Shown: positions 58,396 to 64,000 of the stretch, in pieces
Layout of the letters: each line of letters begins with the position of its first letter
Numbering within the stretch: the stretch's first letter is position 1
Assembly: GCA_965116495.1 (NCBI GenBank)
Contig: OZ220696.1
Span: 2,240,001 to 2,304,000, forward strand
Source of the DNA: Gammaproteobacteria bacterium
GTDB taxonomy: Bacteria; Pseudomonadota; Gammaproteobacteria; Eutrophobiales; Eutrophobiaceae
DNA: 64,000 nt
Direction of reading: 5' to 3'
Position numbers and translations under genes: made by a program
Notes under the pieces: model-generated
What the model was told of the DNA's origin: nothing
What the model saw: only the letters and a program-made list of their open reading frames with translations
The model's database searches: none

Positions 58396-60066
58396 TTAAT
58401 CACTGATTTGTCCCGGAAAGAACTGCTTATAAGATCTGAAATCACCCTCCAGACTCGGGTTGCGGACGATAAGCGGGCGCAGAAATATAACCAGTTCGGT
58501 CTTTTCGTACTCGCGCAGCGCCATCTTGAAGGCATTCCCCAGGACCGGGATCCGGGACAGCCCGGGAATGGCGTTATCGTTTTTGCGATTGTCATCCTGC
58601 ATCAACCCGCCCATGACCGCGATCTCGCCGTTTTTCAACTGCAACATGGATTCCATCTCGCGTACCCTGATTTCAGGAACCGGACTGGAGATCGACAAGG
58701 CCGGATTCGGGTCGTTGACGAACCGGTTGATGCGGGAAATGCTGGGCCTGATATTCAGGATGATGGAATCGTTTGCCTTGATGTGCGGGGTGATGGTCAT
58801 GACGATGCCCACCGGTACCGTTTTTACGATAGTCTCAAAGGTACTGGCCGCTACGCCCTGGGTGATGTTGCTTTCCTGTTCCACCTCGAAATAGACCACG
58901 TTATCGACCACCTTCAGGATGGCCGACTGATTGTTCAGTGCCATGATCTGCGGACTCGACAACACGCTTACGTCTCCGAACTCCTCCAGCAATTCCAGGG
59001 CGGCGCTGAGCACTCTTTCCCGGTCCGGCTCGGTATCGTCATAACTCAGGGAAAACAGTGAAGCGGCATTGACGGGGTTGGCCGTGATTGTCTTCGTCAT
59101 CAGGTTGAACCCGTCAAGACCGGCCTGGTTGAGCACCTGCCAGTCGATGCCGGCCTGGAACTGGTCGGTCAGGCTCACTTCGACAATAGTCGCCTGAATC
59201 AACACCTGGCGATTGGCGTTGGTCAACGTCTGGCTGATCAGTTTCTGCAGTAATTCATGCTGTGCATGGGTTGCTTTTACGGTCAACACGCCCGATTCGG
59301 GATGAGGGATGACGGCATTACCGGCCATTGGCCTGCCATCGACTGAGCCATCCGAATCCAGGATGGCGGACACGTTCGCTACCAGGCTGTCCCAGAAATG
59401 GTTGGACATGGTGCTGCCGATAGTGGTGGTCGAGTTATTCGTTCCGCCTCCCCCTTCCGTGTTGGTGCCGGTTCCGGCAATCTGTGTCCCAACCTGTACG
59501 ACGTGGGACGTATCCCGCGCCATGTTCAGGTAATCAATCCGGTAGGTACGGAAATACGGCTCATCCGGCGCGATGAATATGTTGTCTTCCTCTACCGAGT
59601 GGCGCAGGCCCGCCTGCCGGGCTATGCGCTGCAGTAATTGCGGCAAGGTCTGTTCCACCGCGTTCATGGTCACAAGGCCGCTGATACCCGGGGCAATATC
59701 GACATTCACTTGCGCATCCCGCGCCAGGGCAAATAACAATTCTGTTACGGGGACTTCATTAACGACTACCGTGTACCTTTCCTCGTGCTGCAGCGGCGCA
59801 GGCTCGGGAACGGGTGGAGGTTGGTTGACGATCGCGGGAATATCGCCGGACAGGTTCGTTCCGGCTGCTACGGTAAGATGCCCTGTGGAAGGCGCCGGCG
59901 GTTCGGGAGTGAATTCTGCGCACGCGGCGCAGACAGTGAGGAAAAACAGACAGGTGACAATGCGCGCCTGTGCGCACCCGTCCCTGAGTACCCGTCCCGT
60001 CCAAATGCGGCATCCCGTCGGGGCCAGCCTATCCGTAAACACGTGAATCCCTTGTGACAACTCCAT
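58396..60066 (-). CDS. Secretin, MshL/GspD-like lipoprotein type
   Basis: Lipobox-like VCAAC, STN-like N domain, QVLIQATIVEV...GIDW, LSSPQIMALNNQ, IPGLSRIPVLG, ELVIFLRP. Confidence 0.93.
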   Translation of the reverse strand: MELSQGIHVFTDRLAPTGCRIWTGRVLRDGCAQARIVTCLFFLTVCAACAEFTPEPPAPSTGHLTVAAGTNLSGDIPAIVNQPPPVPEPAPLQHEERYTVVVNEVPVTELLFALARDAQVNVDIAPGISGLVTMNAVEQTLPQLLQRIARQAGLRHSVEEDNIFIAPDEPYFRTYRIDYLNMARDTSHVVQVGTQIAGTGTNTEGGGGTNNSTTTIGSTMSNHFWDSLVANVSAILDSDGSVDGRPMAGNAVIPHPESGVLTVKATHAQHELLQKLISQTLTNANRQVLIQATIVEVSLTDQFQAGIDWQVLNQAGLDGFNLMTKTITANPVNAASLFSLSYDDTEPDRERVLSAALELLEEFGDVSVLSSPQIMALNNQSAILKVVDNVVYFEVEQESNITQGVAASTFETIVKTVPVGIVMTITPHIKANDSIILNIRPSISRINRFVNDPNPALSISSPVPEIRVREMESMLQLKNGEIAVMGGLMQDDNRKNDNAIPGLSRIPVLGNAFKMALREYEKTELVIFLRPLIVRNPSLEGDFRSYKQFFPGQISD

Positions 60067-60493
60067 GATGCTCCGTTACTTTCCTGCATCTCCTTCCTTA
60101 CAGCCCGCGGACCGCAAGCCAGCGACCAGCGGACTACCCTTTGACTATGAGGATATACACTGATGCGGCATATTGCAAACAAAATTTTTCAGTTTGTCAG
60201 GCAACCCTCAAACGCGCCTCCCACAGGTCATATTCCGCCTGCACACGGACCCACATCTCGGCGCTGGTATCCAAGCGCGGATACATGCGTAAAACATCGT
60301 AGTCCACCTGTTTCTCCGAGACTTTCGCTGTCGCTACTCGCCCCGGCTTTTATTCCTCCCCGCGCTATTTGTCCGGACATCCTTCCTCCAGGCTCATTTC
60401 ATATTGGAAAACACTCCCAGTTTGAGGTCGTGGTCAGTGTCGTAAGATTATATTGTCAATAAAGCGCCCTGCTTCAAGGTATTATTCACCATG

Positions 60494-60985
60494 CTATTTC
60501 CGGCAGGCGGCATACATGCCGGGACAGGCGCGCTCCAGCATATTGAGCACCACCTCAAACCCCTGTGGGCCGCCGTAGTAGGGGTCCGGAACCTGGGGCG
60601 CCTGTTCAGGATTGCCCTGGTGCTCCGGGAGAAACGAGCCCAACAGTCGAATATCGGTTTGCGGCCCGCCTGCAAGCTCTTCCAGGTACCACAGGTTGTC
60701 CCGGTCCATGGCCACGATGAGCTCGAATTCCTCCATATCTTCAGGAGTGACCTGGCGCGAGAGGGACGTCAGCGTGTAACCGCGGTCGGATGCAGCAGCG
60801 CGCATGCGCGGGTCGGCGGGTTTGCCGCTGTGGTAGTCAATGGTGCCTGCGGAATCGATGTGAAAGTTTTCCGCGGCGCCATGCTGATTGACGTAATACC
60901 GGAATACACCTTCCGCCGCCGGCGAACGGCAGATATTGCCCATGCAGACGAATAGAACAGAGACATGTTTTTGTTTCCCGGTCAT
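60494..60985 (-). CDS. Low-molecular-weight protein-tyrosine phosphatase
   Basis: VLFVCMGNICRSP P-loop, DSAG, VPDPYYG. Confidence 0.96.
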   Translation of the reverse strand: MTGKQKHVSVLFVCMGNICRSPAAEGVFRYYVNQHGAAENFHIDSAGTIDYHSGKPADPRMRAAASDRGYTLTSLSRQVTPEDMEEFELIVAMDRDNLWYLEELAGGPQTDIRLLGSFLPEHQGNPEQAPQVPDPYYGGPQGFEVVLNMLERACPGMYAACRK

Positions 60986-61018
60986 CAGGACAAAATCATG
61001 ACAGGATAGATTTGCGAC

Positions 61019-61153
61019 TGGATACCGGCTTCCGTCGGTATGACGATGTTTGCGGGTATGGCGTTGTTCGTCGGTATGGCGTTGTTCGTCGGCATGACGT
61101 TGTTTGCCGGTGTGACGTTGTTTGCCGGCATGACGATGTTTGCGGGCATGGCG
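61019..61153. repeat. REP-like palindrome followed by an 18-bp tandem repeat (about 6.7 units)
   Basis: TGGATACCGGCTTCCGTCGGTATGAC; units such as GTCGGTATGACGATGTTT / GCCGGCATGACGATGTTT from 61034 to 61153. Confidence 0.88.
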
Positions 61154-61162
61154 GTTTCAGGA

Positions 61163-62014
61163 TCAACGCAGGTCAAGCGCGTCCCAGATCGCTTCCGATG
61201 CCTCGGCCTTGTTCATCGTATAGATGTGCAGGCCGGGAGCGCCGGCATCCAGCAGTTGTACGCATAGTCGGATGGTGACATCGATGCCGAAACTGCGTAT
61301 GGAGTCAAGATCGTCCCCGAAATCATACAGGCGCTTCAGGATCCAGCGTGGTATTTCAGCGCCGCACATCTCCGAGAACCTGACAAGCTGGGTACGGTTG
61401 GTGATGGGCATAACACCGGGGACAATCGGGATATCTATCCCCATACCGATGCAGCTTTCCAGGAACCGGAAATAGGCGTCGGCATTGTAAAAGTACTGGG
61501 TAATGGCGCTGTCGGCGCCGGCATCCACTTTTCTCTTGAAATTTTCCAGGTCTTTCCCGGCGCTTCGCGCCTGGGGGTGGAATTCCGGATAGCATCCCAC
61601 GTCGATATGGAAGTGCCTGCCGGTCTCAGCGCGGATGAACTCAACCAGTTCGCTTGCGAAGCGTAGCGCACCCGTTCCGGCGAGACCGGAAGGCAGGTCG
61701 CCGCGTAAGGCCACCAGGTGATCAAAACCGTGGTCTTTGTAATTGTGGATGACCCCCCTGAGTTCCTCCCTGGAAGAGCCGATACAGGATACATGGGGCG
61801 CCGCTTCTATCCCGGTCGTGTCATTGACAAACTGCGCTGTCTCGAAAGTCTTGTCCCGGGTACTGCCCCCGGCGCCGAAGGTGACCGAGAAATAATCCGG
61901 GCGCAACGGTTTCAACCTCGCAACGGTCGCGTGCAGGTTTTGCTCTGCCGCAGGCGTCCTGGGAGGAAAAAACTCGAAGCTGAGTTTGAGGGCGTTACGA
62001 TCCAACCGGTTCAA
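61163..62014 (-). CDS. metF: 5,10-methylenetetrahydrofolate reductase
   Basis: [46 protein letters not shown]. Confidence 0.97.
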   Translation of the reverse strand: MNRLDRNALKLSFEFFPPRTPAAEQNLHATVARLKPLRPDYFSVTFGAGGSTRDKTFETAQFVNDTTGIEAAPHVSCIGSSREELRGVIHNYKDHGFDHLVALRGDLPSGLAGTGALRFASELVEFIRAETGRHFHIDVGCYPEFHPQARSAGKDLENFKRKVDAGADSAITQYFYNADAYFRFLESCIGMGIDIPIVPGVMPITNRTQLVRFSEMCGAEIPRWILKRLYDFGDDLDSIRSFGIDVTIRLCVQLLDAGAPGLHIYTMNKAEASEAIWDALDLR

Positions 62015-63426
62015 TAGCGATAATGTTCCGGCTTGAAGGGCCCTTGCCCGGGGACTCCCAGGTAAGCAGCCTGCTGCTCGGTGAGAGAAGTCAGTTGCAC
62101 ACCGATACGTCCCAGGTGCAACCGGGCCACTTTTTCATCCAGGCGTTTGGGCAGGACGTAGACGTCCGCCCGGTAGTTATCCCGGTGGCGATATAATTCG
62201 ACCTGCGCCATCACCTGGTTGGTAAACGAGTTGGACATGACAAAGCTGGGATGGCCGGTGGCGCAACCCAGGTTTACCAGGCGTCCTTTTGCCAGCAGGA
62301 TGATGCGCTTGCCGTCCGGGAAGATGACATGGTCCACTTGGGGCTTGATTTCCTCCCAACGGTAATCCTCTAATGCGGCCACATCAATTTCGTTGTCGAA
62401 ATGACCGATATTGCAGACGATGGCCTGGTCTTTCATGGCCAGCAGGTGTTTATGGGTGATCACGTGATAATTGCCGGTGGCGGTGACGAAAATATCCGCA
62501 TCAGCGCAGACGTCGTCCATCCTGACCACCCGGTATCCTTCCATGGCTGCCTGCAGGGCGCAGATGGGATCCACCTCGGTCACACACACGGTGGCGCCGA
62601 GACCGCGCAGGGATTGTGTGCAACCCTTGCCCACGTCGCCGTAACCGAGGACCACCGCGGTCTTGCCGGCGATCATGACATCGGTGGCGCGCTTGATGCC
62701 GTCAACCAGGGATTCCCGGCAGCCGTACAGGTTGTCGAACTTGGACTTGGTGACTGAATCATTCACGTTGATGGCCGCGAACGGCAGGGTGCCGTTCTGC
62801 TTCATCTGGTAGAGACGGTTCACGCCCGTGGTGGTTTCTTCCGTGACACCGATAATATTGTCCCGGATACGGGTATACCAACCCGGTTTTGAACCAAGCC
62901 GTTTTTTGATCGCGGCAAACAGGTATTGCTCTTCTTCACTGGCCAGGTTATCCAATACCGACGGGTCCTGTTCCGCCCTGGCGCCCAGGGTAACCAGCAG
63001 GGTGGCATCGCCGCCATCATCCAGGATCATGTTGGGCGTACCCCCATCGGGCCACTCCATGATTTTATGGGAGTATTCCCAGTACTCCTCCAGGCTTTCC
63101 CCCTTGTGCGCGAACACGGGAATGCCCTGGTCGGCAATCGCGGCCGCGGCGTGGTCTTGGGTGGAAAAGATATTACAGGATGCCCAGCGGACTTCCGCGC
63201 CCAGGGCAACCAGCGTTTCGATCAATACCGCGGTCTGTATCGTCATGTGCAGGGAGCCGGCGATACGGGCGCCCTCCAGGGGTTGCTCTTCGGCAAATTC
63301 ATTGCGCACCGAAACCAGGCCGGGCATTTCAGTTTCAGCAATTCGGATTTCCTTGTGTCCCCACTCTGCCAGGGACAGGTCGGCTACGTGATAATCGGAA
63401 AATACGGTCTGGACTGCTACGCTCAT
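62011..63426 (-). CDS. ahcY: Adenosylhomocysteinase
   Basis: [58 protein letters not shown]; start corrected to ATG 63426. Confidence 0.99.
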   Translation of the reverse strand: MSVAVQTVFSDYHVADLSLAEWGHKEIRIAETEMPGLVSVRNEFAEEQPLEGARIAGSLHMTIQTAVLIETLVALGAEVRWASCNIFSTQDHAAAAIADQGIPVFAHKGESLEEYWEYSHKIMEWPDGGTPNMILDDGGDATLLVTLGARAEQDPSVLDNLASEEEQYLFAAIKKRLGSKPGWYTRIRDNIIGVTEETTTGVNRLYQMKQNGTLPFAAINVNDSVTKSKFDNLYGCRESLVDGIKRATDVMIAGKTAVVLGYGDVGKGCTQSLRGLGATVCVTEVDPICALQAAMEGYRVVRMDDVCADADIFVTATGNYHVITHKHLLAMKDQAIVCNIGHFDNEIDVAALEDYRWEEIKPQVDHVIFPDGKRIILLAKGRLVNLGCATGHPSFVMSNSFTNQVMAQVELYRHRDNYRADVYVLPKRLDEKVARLHLGRIGVQLTSLTEQQAAYLGVPGQGPFKPEHYRY

Positions 63427-63447
63427 CTTTATATTCCTCAAAGTCAA

Positions 63448-63518
63448 GCGAGCGCCGTTATGGATCATGGTAGGTCTGAGCCTGGTGGGACCGTCCCATC
63501 GCAACGCTCCTCAGACCT
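63448..63518 (-). ncRNA. SAH riboswitch
   Basis: GGTCTGAGGAGCGTTGC-hairpin-CCAGGCTCAGACC...AACGGCGCTC matches the SAH aptamer consensus; directly upstream of ahcY. Confidence 0.93.
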
Positions 63519-63560
63519 GTGCCTGGCGGAGGATTATAGCACATCTCTTTTAACGGAAAA

Positions 63561-63585
63561 GGGGACAGAATTCAATTCTGTCCCC
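63561..63585. repeat. GGGGACAG palindrome (REP-like, possible terminator)
   Basis: GGGGACAGAAT-TCA-ATTCTGTCCCC. Confidence 0.7.
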
Positions 63586-63596
63586 GGCTGGCAGTA

Positions 63597-64000
63597 TCAG
63601 ATATTCCTCAAGAATGACAGGGATGCAGCAGTGAATTGTTGCGGCTTTTCTATCATCGCCCAGTGGCCGCATTCGGGGATGATGTAACCCCAGGAGTTTT
63701 CCACCAGTTCCAGCAACCTGTAAGCGCTGCCCAACGGCACAACCTTGTCCAGTTTGCCGTTCACAACCAGCGTCTTTTGGGTGATACGGGCCATATAGTC
63801 ATCTTCATAATAAAGACCTCCCTGGTCCCGTATCCAGCCCATCACCGCGTTATACGCCTGTTTGGTATCCTCTCGTATCGACAGGCCGTGGCGATAATTG
63901 ATGAGTTCATTATCAAACATGAAATCCGGATTGGTCAAGCCGCGCACGATCCTGACCATCCCGTCAGTGGTGTAGTCGTAATTCATTATCGCCTTCAACT
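63597..64000 (-). CDS. Alpha/beta hydrolase, meta-cleavage-product hydrolase-like (5' end outside the window)
   Basis: KTLVVNGKLDKVVP (catalytic Asp), IPECGHWAMIE (catalytic His). Confidence 0.82.
   Translation of the reverse strand, partial: LKAIMNYDYTTDGMVRIVRGLTNPDFMFDNELINYRHGLSIREDTKQAYNAVMGWIRDQGGLYYEDDYMARITQKTLVVNGKLDKVVPLGSAYRLLELVENSWGYIIPECGHWAMIEKPQQFTAASLSFLRNI

Noticed and set aside
61034-61153. Possible CRISPR array
   Set aside because: Units are contiguous 18-bp tandem repeats with no unique spacers, and there are no cas genes; it is a VNTR.
63427-63504. N-terminal extension of AhcY in the ORF track
   Set aside because: This sequence is the SAH riboswitch; an SD (GAGGA) precedes ATG 63426.

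Overview
Bacterial chromosomal window, most likely from a Gammaproteobacterium (gshA-recA-recX-alaS-lysC-csrA-tRNA-Ser(GCT)...tRNA-Arg(ACG) synteny, SAH riboswitch ahead of ahcY-metF). Left half (1-34 kb) is accessory DNA. It contains a catabolic locus with five VanA/SxtT-like Rieske oxygenases, two paralogous MFS transporters, an adenosine/adenine-deaminase-family enzyme, a TonB-dependent receptor, an AraC regulator and a GcvT-family folate-dependent enzyme. This locus is interrupted by a 7.3-kb putative defence cassette (XamI-family restriction-modification pair, calcineurin-like metallophosphoesterase, divergent Hsp90-like ATPase) lying between two copies of an IS200-family right end. About 11 kb of extra DNA (beta-barrel OMP, fhs, reductive-dehalogenase-like Fe-S protein, SGNH hydrolase, Tat-exported flavin oxidase, TonB receptor, GntR regulator) separates the normally adjacent tRNA-Ser and tRNA-Arg genes; part of it is bounded by a degenerate repeat of the tRNA-Ser 3' end. 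The right half is mostly core genes, plus an orphan VirB3/VirB2-like pair upstream of recA and a 13-gene MSHA/T2SS-like type IV filament operon with an ABC module, a 1004-aa repeat-bearing subunit and a MITE inserted into a prepilin gene. Best candidates for undescribed systems: (i) the metallophosphoesterase-Hsp90-like pair linked to an RM operon whose promoter contains the presumed cognate site, and (ii) the multi-Rieske/deaminase/GcvT catabolic locus. All family calls come from motif recognition by eye; no database searches were run.
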